Source of the DNA: Escherichia coli
GTDB taxonomy: Bacteria > Pseudomonadota > Gammaproteobacteria > Enterobacterales > Enterobacteriaceae
Assembly (NCBI GenBank): GCA_029351405.1
Contig: GCA_029351405.1_4841.1
Reading direction: 5' to 3' (one strand)
DNA: 64,000 bases
Shown: positions 1 through 9,518 of the stretch, in pieces
How the letters are laid out: every line of letters begins with the position of its first letter
Numbering within the stretch: the stretch's first letter is position 1
Made by a program: the position numbers and the translations under genes
The notes under the pieces: model-generated
Told to the model about the DNA's origin: nothing
What the model saw: the letters and a program-made list of their open reading frames with translations, nothing else
Databases searched by the model: none

Positions 1-1556
1 ACCAAAACGGGCGCGTCGCCGTCCGCATCTATGGCGTACACACCGACGATCCCGTCCTCCTGCCTACGGACAAACTCCCATGGGCGAAGGTACTGATGCC
101 TGCTTCAAACGCCTCCTCTGCTGGTTTAGGTTGGTCTCCAACGGGTATCATTCCTGGTACTGAGGTTATGGGGTTCGCCCTTGACGAAGCATACCAGAAT
201 TTACGCATCACCTGGACTTGGACTGGTTCAAGTCCTACTGATGGTGCCGACACAAACCCACTGGCTCTCGGGCAGGTCGTTCAATCTGTGGAACGTCAGG
301 CGTACAACGCCGTCACTGACGTTCCTGTGAAACAAGAAGACGAACCACAACCAGATCCACAACCACCTGTTGGCGGGTATGATCCAGAGAAGTGGATGAC
401 AATCGCGCGTGGTGAATTGGGTATCAAGGAGTACGCCGGAAAGTTCAACAACAACCCGCGCATTATAGAATATCACAAGACAACCTCCCTTGGTGCTTCT
501 GAAGATGAAGTGTCGTGGTGTGCGGCGTTCGTGGGTTGGGTTATGATACAGGCTGGATACACGTCTACGCGCTCCGCTCTTGCCCGATCTTACCTTACAT
601 GGGGTACTGCACTGTCAGCACCACAATATGGCGCTATCGTAGTCTTCCGGCGTGGTAACAACCCCACATTTGGACACGTAGCGTTTGTGCAGAAGTTCGA
701 TGCAAACTATGTCTGGTGTATTGGTGGCAACCAATCCGATTCAGTGAAGGTTAGTCGTTTCAGACGTTCTTCGGTCTTGGGATATCGTTGGCCTGGTCCT
801 GCTAACACAGCCACAGCCGCGCCTGCGCAGCAGAATGGTAAATGGTCAGAACCTATCCCAGATCGTACTCCAAAGGAACAACCGACTCCGGCTCCTACTG
901 GGCGAGTACAGGATATTGACAACACTGGAGAAACCATGGTTCCGGCTGCGGGTGGATCTAAATACCCGTACAATAACGTCATGGTGTCCCGAGCTGGGCA
1001 TATTATGGAAGTGGATGACACCCCTGGCGGTGAACGTCTTCACTGGATGCATAAGTCTGGGTCTTACAAGCAAATGTTGCCGGATGGTGATGTGGTCAAC
1101 AAGTCCGTCAAAGACCACTATGACCTGACGATGTTCAACAAGCGTTATTATGTCGGCGGGGACCACAACCTGACGGTCAAAGGAACTGAAGTTCAGCGCA
1201 AGACAGGTGAGGTCTATCATTTGCATTCCAACAATTACTCCAACGTGGTTGCGGGCACAGCGCTGATGAAATTCAGTGACCTAGCTGAGTTTCAAGCACA
1301 GAATATTCTGCGCATTATCTGCGAGACTCTGGAGGTCGGCGGGACATTGAAGGTTCCTAAGATTCTAACGACTGAGATCATCGCTGACAAACTGACTGTC
1401 GCTCAGACGATCAATGGTAACATCATATATGCCGAAGGTGCTGGTCGCGCTTCTTCTCTGTCGGGTGCAACCCCTGCATCCCCTACGGGTCCGGGTGAGA
1501 TTGACATCAAGGCAGAATTAAAAGACAATGGTGGTAATTTCGGCACCAAAGAGTAA
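1..1556 (+). CDS. gp5: baseplate central hub / cell-puncturing protein (T4 gp5-like), 5' partial, with embedded NlpC/P60-CHAP-type cysteine peptidase domain
   Basis: Frame 3 is open from nt 3 with no stop before the ATG at 96, so the gene runs off the window edge. The N-part resembles the gp5 OB-fold. The middle has a Cys/His peptidase signature (SWCAAFVGW ... GHVAFV). The C-part (HIMEVDDTPGGERLHWMHKSGS...) resembles gp5/VgrG beta-structure. Confidence 0.75.
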   Translation, partial: QNGRVAVRIYGVHTDDPVLLPTDKLPWAKVLMPASNASSAGLGWSPTGIIPGTEVMGFALDEAYQNLRITWTWTGSSPTDGADTNPLALGQVVQSVERQAYNAVTDVPVKQEDEPQPDPQPPVGGYDPEKWMTIARGELGIKEYAGKFNNNPRIIEYHKTTSLGASEDEVSWCAAFVGWVMIQAGYTSTRSALARSYLTWGTALSAPQYGAIVVFRRGNNPTFGHVAFVQKFDANYVWCIGGNQSDSVKVSRFRRSSVLGYRWPGPANTATAAPAQQNGKWSEPIPDRTPKEQPTPAPTGRVQDIDNTGETMVPAAGGSKYPYNNVMVSRAGHIMEVDDTPGGERLHWMHKSGSYKQMLPDGDVVNKSVKDHYDLTMFNKRYYVGGDHNLTVKGTEVQRKTGEVYHLHSNNYSNVVAGTALMKFSDLAEFQAQNILRIICETLEVGGTLKVPKILTTEIIADKLTVAQTINGNIIYAEGAGRASSLSGATPASPTGPGEIDIKAELKDNGGNFGTKE

Positions 1557-1628
1557 GTTGGTATAAGTTTAGTGGCAGAGGGCAGCACGTCTCTCTGCTC
1601 CTTATAGGCATCCTGAGAGGATCGCGAA

Positions 1629-2009
1629 ATGAAAGAGTACAAAGATGTCGATCTGAAGTTCGGCATGCATCCGGTGACCAAAGATGTCACCATGAAATCA
1701 GGTGTATATGCTGTCTTACAATCCGTGCGGAATATCGTCATGTCTTCAGTCGGGGACTGGCCCACTTATCCTGGGATCGGCGCAGGGTTGTATAATCTCC
1801 TCGGAGAGAACACCACCCCAACGATTCAGGTAGATGTGAAGAACAAAGTAGAGGACGCTATCGCCCTGTATGAACCCAGAGCAGAGGTAGAAGAAGTCAC
1901 GGTGAGTCTGTCAGAGGATTACCATTCTCTGGGCGTGACCATCACATTCTATGTGGTCAACAATCCAGATCCAATAACAGACACCGTGTGGTTGAAAAGG
2001 ACGAATTAG
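1629..2009 (+). CDS. gp25: baseplate wedge protein, gp25/GPW-like
   Basis: 126 aa. The pattern DLKFGMHP..LQSVRNIVMSS..GDWPTYPGIGAGLYNLL..AIALYEPRAEV fits the gp25/GPW family. It directly follows the gp5-like gene and has SD GAGAGGA upstream. Confidence 0.7.
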   Translation: MKEYKDVDLKFGMHPVTKDVTMKSGVYAVLQSVRNIVMSSVGDWPTYPGIGAGLYNLLGENTTPTIQVDVKNKVEDAIALYEPRAEVEEVTVSLSEDYHSLGVTITFYVVNNPDPITDTVWLKRTN

Positions 2010-2356
2010 AGTTTCGTCCTGAATGCCGGAGCCACGACTAACATGAAGTGGCTCAATAACCTGAACATTTCTTTGCCGTTGAAGTGGTAGAGGATAATCA
2101 TCGGCCTGACGTCAACCACTGATCCCTCCAGCTTCTTGTTCAACATAAATCTGGAACCGACACTGACCTTCCCGCGCTCTTCGTCTCCTGGTTTGTCGTA
2201 GACCACGCAACTGGTGGCATAACCGATCTGAGATCCATCCTCAGACCGCAAGGGCAGCATATGCCCTTCAGACATCAGATGATGCAGGTTTTGGTATAAA
2301 CCTTTGTCTGGTATGGGGACTGCCAGCTGCATTCTCAACTCTTTGTAATCTTGCAT
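2006..2356 (-). CDS. hypothetical protein (116 aa)
   Basis: ATG ORF packed 5 nt after the upstream stop. Its stop overlaps the convergent gp25-like stop. No motif recognised. Confidence 0.45.
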   Translation of the reverse strand: MQDYKELRMQLAVPIPDKGLYQNLHHLMSEGHMLPLRSEDGSQIGYATSCVVYDKPGDEERGKVSVGSRFMLNKKLEGSVVDVRPMIILYHFNGKEMFRLLSHFMLVVAPAFRTKL

Positions 2357-2361
2357 GAGGA

Positions 2362-2823
2362 CTACTCCGCCAGGGTGATCACAACCATATTTAAGACTGT
2401 GTCGATAGCTCGGCCTGTTTCCTCTTCATGGAGGGTTTCGGCGCGGAGGTGCACGTCGGTGATGAAATTGTCGATGTGCATTGACGTCAGGTACGGGCGG
2501 TGCTGGCTGACCGGACGGTTGATCAGTACATAGTTACGCAGTGTGTTGAAGTCCTGCTGAGAGCACCCGGTGGTGTCAATGCGCAGGAAGCGTTCATTGT
2601 GGCTTGTCTTCAACTCAGTTACTTTGCCGAGGTAGACCAGAGGTCCATTGCGACCGATACGGAACATAACATCAACAACAGACTTGAAGATTTCGCGTTC
2701 AATCAGTGCGGTGGGTGACCAGCAGATCTCTTCTTTGTCGTCGGCGTACAGGGTGTCGATCACCAGAGGGAGTTGAATGTAACCGAAGTTGTGCAGTGGG
2801 TTGGTGAGTACCTTGTTTGTCAT
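2362..2823 (-). CDS. hypothetical early protein (153 aa)
   Basis: The true ATG at 2823 is preceded by the conserved cassette ATTGAAAGCAGGAACTATATCATG. The longer ORF-track start is an artefact. Confidence 0.6.
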   Translation of the reverse strand: MTNKVLTNPLHNFGYIQLPLVIDTLYADDKEEICWSPTALIEREIFKSVVDVMFRIGRNGPLVYLGKVTELKTSHNERFLRIDTTGCSQQDFNTLRNYVLINRPVSQHRPYLTSMHIDNFITDVHLRAETLHEEETGRAIDTVLNMVVITLAE

Positions 2824-2873
2824 GATATAGTTCCTGCTTTCAATTTGTGGCGAATGCCAATGAATTACTGGGA

Positions 2874-2902
2874 AGTATAGGGGAGGGCGTTTCAAAAGTA
2901 AA
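2874..2902 (-). promoter_or_regulatory. early sigma70-type promoter TTTACT-N17-TATACT
   Basis: Minus strand reads ggggcTTTACTtttgaaacgccctccccTATACTtcc. The -35 overlaps the 3' arm of the upstream terminator hairpin. Confidence 0.6.
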
Positions 2903-2922
2903 GCCCCTCAATGAGGGGCTTT
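2900..2922. terminator. GC-rich hairpin terminator downstream of the glutaredoxin-like gene
   Basis: AAAGCCCCTCaatGAGGGGCTTT, perfect inverted repeat flanked by A/T runs. Confidence 0.6.
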
Positions 2923-2928
2923 GACAGA

Positions 2929-3153
2929 TCAGCGTTTGAGGCTGGCGGCGAGTCCATTAACGTCGGTCACGGTCTGGTCAGCGAGGACGATTACAGGCAT
3001 CGACACGCGCGGCTTACCCGTCAACTGCTGAAGTTCTTCCAGCCGGTAATCTTTGTCCAGCTTGAGGATCTTGTGTTCCAGCCCTTTCATTTTGCACAGA
3101 TTTTCGGCTGTTACACACTGAGCGCAACCTTGTTTGGAATAGATCGTAATCAT
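2929..3153 (-). CDS. glutaredoxin-like redoxin (NrdH/T4 NrdC-type)
   Basis: 74 aa. N-terminal IYSKQGCAQCV has a CxxC active site in a beta-alpha context. Located immediately downstream of nrdB. Confidence 0.7.
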   Translation of the reverse strand: MITIYSKQGCAQCVTAENLCKMKGLEHKILKLDKDYRLEELQQLTGKPRVSMPVIVLADQTVTDVNGLAASLKR

Positions 3154-3162
3154 TTCTCACCT

Positions 3163-4266
3163 TTAAGCGAATTTGAGGCCATCGGATACCGAACCAGTCA
3201 GTACACCCATCAGATAATCAGGAGCTTCCGCTTCCTGCAACGCGTACTGCATTGCCTTATTATCTAGCCAGTCATTAATCCATGGAACTGGGTTCTCCTT
3301 GCGAGGTTCACCGGGATATGGGTGCCCGATAGCGCCCATCCGGTGGGTTGCCAGCCAGTCTACCATCTGATGAAGGATCTTGGCGTTCAGCCCCAGGATG
3401 GAACCGTCTTTGAACAGGTAGTTCGCCCACTCCTTCTCTTGATGAACCACGTCCAGGAACATCTGGGTCATCTCACCACGCAGTTCCTCACGGATGATTG
3501 CAAAGTCGGGGTCCATACCAGGCAGGCGGTTTAGTAGCGTCTGGGTCAGTATCAGGTGATCCTGCTCATCACGGGCGATCTGTCGAATGATTTTGGCATT
3601 GCCTTCCATCTTCTTCTGGAACTGTGTGAATGCCCAAGAGCACGCAAAGGACACGTAGAAGCGGATGCCTTCCAGTGTGTTGGCAGCAAACAGAGCACGC
3701 CAGAATGCGCGTTTGGCATTCATCAGATCTTCTCGGGTGAAGATGCGTCCGGCCATACGCATGCCACTGTACTGTACCATGTCATCGTAGTACACACTGA
3801 TCTGGTGAGCACAGTCCACGATCTCTGCAACATCCAGTACATGGTCAAACACGATACCTGGATCGTTCACAGTGTTGCGCAAAATGTGGGTGTACGATAA
3901 AGAGTGAATGGCTTCCTGGCGCGTCCATTCAAGGACAGCAAACTGCATTTCAGGGGTAGACGCCCATGGACCAAACGCCTCGAAAGGAGCCGCACCCTGG
4001 ATAGAGTCCAGCATGGTCTGGCGCTTCAGGTTGCTGAAGTAGACATGTTTCTCTGCTTCGTTCAGAGTAGCGAAGTCTGCCTTGTCCTTGGTGATGTCCA
4101 CCTCTTCAGGACGCCAGAATTGACTGAGACCTTTCTCATACCACTTCTGTACGAATGGCCAGGCCACGACATCGTAACGCTGGATGCTCACTGGGTCGCC
4201 GAAGAACGGTAGACCAGTGTTGTCCGAGCTTGGGTCGAATACGGAGAATTGTTTCTGTTCGCTCAT
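3163..4266 (-). CDS. nrdB: ribonucleotide reductase class Ia beta subunit
   Basis: 367 aa. Ferritin-like di-iron motifs QEAIHSLSYTHIL, TLEGIRFYVSFA and RDEQDHL. Adjacent to nrdA. Confidence 0.9.
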   Translation of the reverse strand: MSEQKQFSVFDPSSDNTGLPFFGDPVSIQRYDVVAWPFVQKWYEKGLSQFWRPEEVDITKDKADFATLNEAEKHVYFSNLKRQTMLDSIQGAAPFEAFGPWASTPEMQFAVLEWTRQEAIHSLSYTHILRNTVNDPGIVFDHVLDVAEIVDCAHQISVYYDDMVQYSGMRMAGRIFTREDLMNAKRAFWRALFAANTLEGIRFYVSFACSWAFTQFQKKMEGNAKIIRQIARDEQDHLILTQTLLNRLPGMDPDFAIIREELRGEMTQMFLDVVHQEKEWANYLFKDGSILGLNAKILHQMVDWLATHRMGAIGHPYPGEPRKENPVPWINDWLDNKAMQYALQEAEAPDYLMGVLTGSVSDGLKFA

Positions 4267-4285
4267 GTTTCTTTCCTGATTAATA

Positions 4286-4305
4286 AGGGGTGATCGCTCA
4301 CCCCT
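4286..4305 (-). promoter_or_regulatory. intercistronic hairpin between nrdA and nrdB
   Basis: AGGGGTGAtcgcTCACCCCT, 8-bp stem, no long U-run. Likely an mRNA stability or attenuation element. Confidence 0.45.
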
Positions 4306-4336
4306 GATGATATAACGGTAGTAGGTTTAGACCAAT

Positions 4337-6619
4337 TTATACAACACAGCTATCGCACTGAGTTTCCTCAGCCTGTTTCAACTCTTCGTCTTCCTTGGCG
4401 TCCTTGTTTGTGTTGTAATACAGAGTCTTGCCACCCCACATATAGAATGACAGGATATCCTGCATCATCTTGGCACGAGGGATCTTGCTGTCAGGGTACT
4501 TCTCTGGGTCATACCACGTGTTGGTACTGATGGACTGGTCAACCCAGCGCTGGATGACAGCAGCGGTCTTCAGGTACTCAATACAGTCCAGATCCCACTT
4601 GAGGTCATACATCGGTCCAAGGGTCTCAACGTCCGGGACGACCTGCTTATAAGTGCCGTCCTTGCTACCCTTGATGCTCACCAAGCCCTTCGGTGGCTCA
4701 ATGCCGTTCGTTGCGTTGAGGACCTGTGAGGAGCTTTCGGTAGGGGCTACTGCCAGCAGGGTAGCGTTGCGGATACCATAGGTCTTCAGATTATCCTTCA
4801 ACTCATCCCAATCCAGCCCATATGCCATGCCTTCCGGCTTCTTGCCATTTGGTAGGATATCAAGTGGAAGAGGCTGAAGGTCGGCGGTGACCTGCCCATT
4901 ATTGTGGATGGTTCCGCGTTTACACGCCCCGAACTTCATAGCCAGACGGTTGGATGCCTTGACCAGATAGAAGTGCAGGTGTGCCATCCACGTATCCAGC
5001 ATTTCAAGACCAGCTGGTGAGCCATAGCCCGTGAAGTTCTTGGCCAAGAAGTGAGCCACGTTCACGATACCAACACCCAGAGGACGATAGTCTTCAACAG
5101 CTTTACGAGCCTGAATCGCTGGATAGTCCTGATATTCCAACAGCATGTCCAGCGCAGACACCAACACGAACGCAACGTCTTCCATTTCCGTAGGATCTTC
5201 GAACGCCGTCAGGTTAAAGGAAGCTAGGGTGCACAGAGCCACGCGCCCGTTTTCATCGTTGTACTGCTCAAACTCACGGGTCGGCAGGGCGATTTCTAAA
5301 CAAAGATTTGAAGAATAAATCGTGTCTAGGTTGAATGGACTGTATTCATTCATGTGATCGACAAATGCGATGTAGATGCGGCCTGTGTCTGAACGCTGGT
5401 CTAACAGCATCTGGAACACCTCTTCTGCCTGCAACTTTTTAGCACGAACCAAACCAGCATCAGCGGCCTTGATCATGTTCTCATACAGAGTACGGAACTT
5501 GTCAACGTCAGCGAAGTATGCTTCATACATTTCGCGGTTGTCTTTCGGGTCGAACAGATACAGAGGCTGCTTGGCAACAAGGCGCTCAAACATCACGCGG
5601 TTGATCTGAATGCCATAGTCGATACGGCGTTCGCGGTTTTCTTCAGTACCACGGTTGTTCTTCAGAACAACGACGTCATCGAACTGGTAATGCCACAGAG
5701 GGATGTATGCTGTTGCTGCACCACCACGAATGCCGCCCTGAGAGCACGATTTGAGTGCCCCAGTGAGATACTTGATGAACGGGATCAGGCCTGTGTGAAC
5801 CATCTCTCCGCCGCGAATAGGACTACCAATCCCACGGATTGCCCCGACGTCGAAGCCGATACCCGCACGTTTGGAGACATAGTCAACGATGGTCTTGGCT
5901 GTTGCGTTGATAGAGTTCAGGGTGTCATCAGTCTTGATTAACACACAGGAACTGAACTGACGAGTAGGAGTACGAACACCTGCCATAATCGGGGTGGGAA
6001 GACTGAACTTGCCTGTGCTGGCATATTCATAGAACTTTTTCACCATCTCCAGGCGGCTGTCTTTGTCCCAGTTAGAGAACAACGCCATGGCTATGCCCAT
6101 GTACATGACCTGTGGGGTTTCGTAGAAGATCTTGCTGTCTTTCTTGGAACGGTCGCGCAACAGGTACTTCTCAGTCAGCTGACCCATGGCCGCCCACGTG
6201 AAGTTCTTATCGCGTTTGTGATTGATGACATCGTTCAGCTCGTTGAACTCTTCGGTCGTGTAGAGATCAAGGAACTCACGATCATACACGCGCTGTTTGA
6301 TGTTCTTGACGAAGATGTCCAGCAGGTGAGGCGGCTTGTACTGACCGTAGACAGCCTTGCGCAGATCATACGACTTCAGACGAGCAGCCACATACTGGTA
6401 ATTGGGTTTGTCTACAGAGATCAGTGAAGCTGCAGCCTGGATGAGGATATCCTGAATGCGATCTGTTCTCATGTTGTCGGTGAACTGAATCTTCGATGCA
6501 GCGATCACCTCTGACATTGACACACCAGACAGGCCATCACATGCGCGGTCTACGACTGCGTGTAGTTTCTCAATATCAAATGGGACAGAAGATCCGTCAC
6601 GTTTTATAACGTTAATCAT
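4337..6619 (-). CDS. nrdA: ribonucleotide reductase class Ia alpha subunit
   Basis: 760 aa. ATP-cone N-terminus (VIKRDGSSVPFDIEKL), catalytic-core motifs (SSCVLI, NLCLEI) and a C-terminal redox Cys pair (QCDSCVV). Confidence 0.92.
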   Translation of the reverse strand: MINVIKRDGSSVPFDIEKLHAVVDRACDGLSGVSMSEVIAASKIQFTDNMRTDRIQDILIQAAASLISVDKPNYQYVAARLKSYDLRKAVYGQYKPPHLLDIFVKNIKQRVYDREFLDLYTTEEFNELNDVINHKRDKNFTWAAMGQLTEKYLLRDRSKKDSKIFYETPQVMYMGIAMALFSNWDKDSRLEMVKKFYEYASTGKFSLPTPIMAGVRTPTRQFSSCVLIKTDDTLNSINATAKTIVDYVSKRAGIGFDVGAIRGIGSPIRGGEMVHTGLIPFIKYLTGALKSCSQGGIRGGAATAYIPLWHYQFDDVVVLKNNRGTEENRERRIDYGIQINRVMFERLVAKQPLYLFDPKDNREMYEAYFADVDKFRTLYENMIKAADAGLVRAKKLQAEEVFQMLLDQRSDTGRIYIAFVDHMNEYSPFNLDTIYSSNLCLEIALPTREFEQYNDENGRVALCTLASFNLTAFEDPTEMEDVAFVLVSALDMLLEYQDYPAIQARKAVEDYRPLGVGIVNVAHFLAKNFTGYGSPAGLEMLDTWMAHLHFYLVKASNRLAMKFGACKRGTIHNNGQVTADLQPLPLDILPNGKKPEGMAYGLDWDELKDNLKTYGIRNATLLAVAPTESSSQVLNATNGIEPPKGLVSIKGSKDGTYKQVVPDVETLGPMYDLKWDLDCIEYLKTAAVIQRWVDQSISTNTWYDPEKYPDSKIPRAKMMQDILSFYMWGGKTLYYNTNKDAKEDEELKQAEETQCDSCVV

Positions 6620-6702
6620 GGTGTTCCTCGGGTTTGTTTACGCAGGTTTTATTATACGCCGCCCTCATAGATTGAAGGCGGCAGGGAGGGTTGGCGGGTT
6701 AC

Positions 6703-7545
6703 TTAAATGTCGTACAGATCGTTGACTTCCAGCATCAGGCGGGTGAAGTCGCCGCGCCCGTTGCGGTCAGACTTGTCGAACTCGATGACACTGAAAGGCT
6801 GAACCCATTCAGGGTACTCATCGCCGACGCCAACACCATCGATCTTCAGGGTTCCGGCCTCCAGCTTGGCGTTGAAGTCGCGGAAGGAACTGACGTACTT
6901 TTCAAGGGCGCTGTCGCGCAGGCGCTTGTTAGACTGTTTGATGTCACCGTTGACGAAGATGTAAGTCGAGTCGGATGCGCGGGTCAGTAGGTTCTTCAGC
7001 TGCTCCATATCACATTCCTGCGCTTCTTCAATGATCAGGAAGGTGTCGTCGAAGGTCATCCCCTTGATGGTCTCCAGATCCTGGATCTCAATGATCCGCT
7101 TCTCCCACAGATAGTTGAAGAAACCGTCGCTACCTGTGTCAGTCTTCAGCACCTTCTTCAGCGTCTGAATCAGGGGCATCAGATATGGCATCAGCTTTTC
7201 GTATGTGTCGCCAGGGCGGAAGCCTGCAGTCTGGCCTGTTGGCAGCGGAGAGCGCGTGATGACGATCTTGCTGACCACTTTATCGATCAGGAGCTTGGCG
7301 GCGGCTGAGGCACCACAGTACGATTTACCTGTGCCTGCCGGACCGATTGCGATGGTGAGGTTTTCTTCAAGAGCAGATTGATACGCGAGGTTCTGATTTT
7401 CTGAGAGGCCATTGAACGGAGCGATTCTGAAGTCACCTTTAGAGAACTTCATCCAGTCATCTTCTTTCTGAATTGTCTCTTTCTTACGTGCTGACTTGGT
7501 CTTGCCCGCTGGCTTCTTACTTACAACTTTGGTGGCAGATTGCAT
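6703..7545 (-). CDS. phoH: PhoH-like ATPase
   Basis: 280 aa. Walker A GPAGTGKS followed by VITRSPLPTGQTAGFRPGD and IIEEAQ, which is the PhoH family pattern. Confidence 0.85.
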   Translation of the reverse strand: MQSATKVVSKKPAGKTKSARKKETIQKEDDWMKFSKGDFRIAPFNGLSENQNLAYQSALEENLTIAIGPAGTGKSYCGASAAAKLLIDKVVSKIVITRSPLPTGQTAGFRPGDTYEKLMPYLMPLIQTLKKVLKTDTGSDGFFNYLWEKRIIEIQDLETIKGMTFDDTFLIIEEAQECDMEQLKNLLTRASDSTYIFVNGDIKQSNKRLRDSALEKYVSSFRDFNAKLEAGTLKIDGVGVGDEYPEWVQPFSVIEFDKSDRNGRGDFTRLMLEVNDLYDI

Positions 7546-7624
7546 GGGAACCTTCCTATATCTCAGGGTGTCATCACCTCTAATTAAGGTGACAACCCCA
7601 GCATACCTGAGGATTGGATAAAGA

Positions 7625-7644
7625 AAAGGCCGTTTCCGGCCTTT
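7625..7644 (-). terminator. rho-independent terminator after the endolysin gene
   Basis: Minus strand reads AAAGGCCGgaaaCGGCCTTTTCTTT. Confidence 0.65.
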
Positions 7645-7647
7645 GAG

Positions 7648-8442
7648 TTAACTGAAACTCTTGTATGCTGCTGCGAGCTTCGTGTCGTACTGGTTCTTGG
7701 CATACGCCGGACCATTATAGCGCCGCGCAAACTCAGCCCAGTTCTTGTCCTTCAGAGCCTGCCAGAGCTTGGCGTCAGCCTTGATGAACTTCACGAATGC
7801 CATCAAATGAGCACGTTCTCCTGTCAGGAAGTCGTTGAACATCTCCTTGGCGTTGGCATATCCACAGACCTGGCAGTTGAATCCCATGATCTGGAAGAGA
7901 CCGTAAGAGGCGCTCTCGTACGCACAATCCTCGTCGATGTTGATCGCTGCATGAAGTCGATCCAACTCCGCGTCGCCGCCCGTGTACCCGCCTGCGGAAG
8001 GGCTGACCAACGTCGGGTACATATGTCCCATGGCATTCGCCCGAGCCTGTCCGAACTTCGCCATCAGCTTCTTATACATGATGTGGCGCTCAAATAATGT
8101 CTTGATCTTACCTGATTTGGTGAAGCCCGTGCCGCGCGACTCAACCTGATTCACCGCCTTGACAGAGGCAAGGTCAACACCCAGATCGTTAGCAGCATCA
8201 ATCAGGTCTGACTCAGTTAGATGATCCTGATGGGCGTCTCCGGCGTTGCGAATAGCATAGGAGGTCTTTGGACCCACGATACCATCAATGACAAGTCCCG
8301 CACCCGCCTGAACCGTCTTGACGGCGTTCTCTGTTACCTTGCCAAAGATACCATCAGCGACGAGGGTGAAGCCGATTTTGTTGAGGCTATTCTGAAGTGC
8401 CTTCACTTCAGTGCCACGGTTGCCAAGTTTTAGAATGGCCAT
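7648..8442 (-). CDS. endolysin: PG_binding_1 domain + N-acetylmuramidase (DUF3380-type) domain
   Basis: N-terminus LKLGNRGTEVKALQNSLNKIGF...DGIFGKVTENAVK is a peptidoglycan-binding repeat. The C-part (VNQVESRGTGF..LFERHIMYK..YGLFQIMG) is muramidase-like. ATG at 8442 with SD GGAGGT; the ORF-track start at 8457 is a GTG inside that SD. Confidence 0.8.
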   Translation of the reverse strand: MAILKLGNRGTEVKALQNSLNKIGFTLVADGIFGKVTENAVKTVQAGAGLVIDGIVGPKTSYAIRNAGDAHQDHLTESDLIDAANDLGVDLASVKAVNQVESRGTGFTKSGKIKTLFERHIMYKKLMAKFGQARANAMGHMYPTLVSPSAGGYTGGDAELDRLHAAINIDEDCAYESASYGLFQIMGFNCQVCGYANAKEMFNDFLTGERAHLMAFVKFIKADAKLWQALKDKNWAEFARRYNGPAYAKNQYDTKLAAAYKSFS

Positions 8443-8469
8443 AAGAAATACCTCCACAATGAATGCAGA

Positions 8470-8479
8470 GGTATTTAAA
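8470..8479 (-). promoter_or_regulatory. late-promoter-like motif TTTAAATACC
   Basis: Lies 28 nt upstream of the endolysin ATG. Matches the cTAAaTAc family seen before structural genes. Confidence 0.45.
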
Positions 8480-8627
8480 GTGAAAGTGAACTACTCGAGA
8501 AACTGAGGGAAAACTTTGTTCGGAATGTGGTCAGCAACCCAGAGAGCGCCTAAAGATGATTGAATGACTGTGATCTCCTCCCAAGACCTGATAGGGGGAG
8601 TTGCCTCCCCTATGTTACACGTCGGGA

Positions 8628-9116
8628 TTAGGCCAGTTTGCTCACCAGAGCTTCAACTGCGTCGGCGCTCAGTTTACCCATTTTGACGTACTGAGCTTTT
8701 GCTTCGCCGCCAACTGCTTTCACGATGTCGGTGTTGTCGTACCCCTTCTTAGGGAAGACCATCACAGAGAAGGAACCGTTGTTCAGCGGGTTCAGCTGGA
8801 TGCGACCTTTACCGACTACGATGGTGCCGTAAGTTTCGGTGTTTGCTTCGACAATGTGGATGTCGTGACCCAGGTTTTTCAGCATACCAACTTTGTCGGC
8901 AGTCTTAGCAACCACAGCTTTGTCAACCACAACCTGCTCTACCAGGGTGAAGCCGTTAGTCGATTTCACTTTACCGTTCAGCAGGTTCATGAAGGAAGTT
9001 TTGCCACCAGTGAAGCCAGCCGCCTGAGCGATGCGGAACATTTCAACTTTAGCAACTTCGGTGTTCAGTTCGAAAGAGATGGTGCCGTTGGTGATCAGAG
9101 TTTTGGTAGTAGCCAT
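8628..9116 (-). CDS. hypothetical early protein (162 aa)
   Basis: ATG at 9116 after AGGAATTACATC. Has its own strong early promoter and a long structured leader. No motif recognised. Confidence 0.6.
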   Translation of the reverse strand: MATTKTLITNGTISFELNTEVAKVEMFRIAQAAGFTGGKTSFMNLLNGKVKSTNGFTLVEQVVVDKAVVAKTADKVGMLKNLGHDIHIVEANTETYGTIVVGKGRIQLNPLNNGSFSVMVFPKKGYDNTDIVKAVGGEAKAQYVKMGKLSADAVEALVSKLA

Positions 9117-9189
9117 GATGTAATTCCTCATAATGTAGTTGGTTCATTTCACTTTTCATTCGGCGGTGTGTTGCCGCCCTATGTGAACT

Positions 9190-9218
9190 ATAATAGTGCA
9201 TCATTATTGAAGAGTAAA
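9190..9218 (-). promoter_or_regulatory. early promoter TTTACT-N17-TATTAT
   Basis: Minus strand reads ttattgaaaaagacTTTACTcttcaataatgatgcacTATTAT. An A/T-rich UP-like tract lies upstream. Confidence 0.6.
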
Positions 9219-9259
9219 GTCTTTTTCAATAATTTTTTAAAATATTTTTGAAGTATTTT

Positions 9260-9283
9260 AAAAGGCCTCATTCGACGAGGCCT
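9260..9283 (-). terminator. rho-independent terminator
   Basis: Minus strand reads AGGCCTCgtcgaatGAGGCCTTTTAAAAT, after the 68-aa ORF. Confidence 0.6.
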
Positions 9284-9311
9284 GGAGGGAGGTGATGTGA
9301 AGTAAAAAGTT

Positions 9312-9518
9312 TTAGCTCGGGCGAAATCTTACAAACTCGCGAGCCAATTCGGCCTGCTCAGCACTGATAGGAACTCCATGGAAGTCCACCTGACCATTCT
9401 TCCAGCCGTGGATGAAACTCGGGGACTCTTCCCCAGATAGGACATACCCCTCACGAGATTTCAAGTACCCCCGCAGGATCTCTCCGTCGTCCAGTTTGTT
9501 CAGTTCTTCTAACGTCAT
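9312..9518 (-). CDS. hypothetical protein (68 aa)
   Basis: ATGA overlap with the primase stop suggests translational coupling. Confidence 0.5.
   Translation of the reverse strand: MTLEELNKLDDGEILRGYLKSREGYVLSGEESPSFIHGWKNGQVDFHGVPISAEQAELAREFVRFRPS

Noticed and set aside
3163-6619. A possible group I intron or intein in the nrd genes, as occurs in T4-like phages.
   Set aside because: The nrdA (760 aa) and nrdB (367 aa) reading frames are uninterrupted and of normal length. The only insertion-type element found is the TerL intein.
7580-7587. TTAATTAG upstream of phoH, and CAAAATAT (47864-47871) upstream of the tube-fold gene, as late promoters.
   Set aside because: They deviate from the cTAAaTAc core at key positions. 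The phoH site sits in a palindrome readable on either strand. They are too weak to call without transcript mapping.
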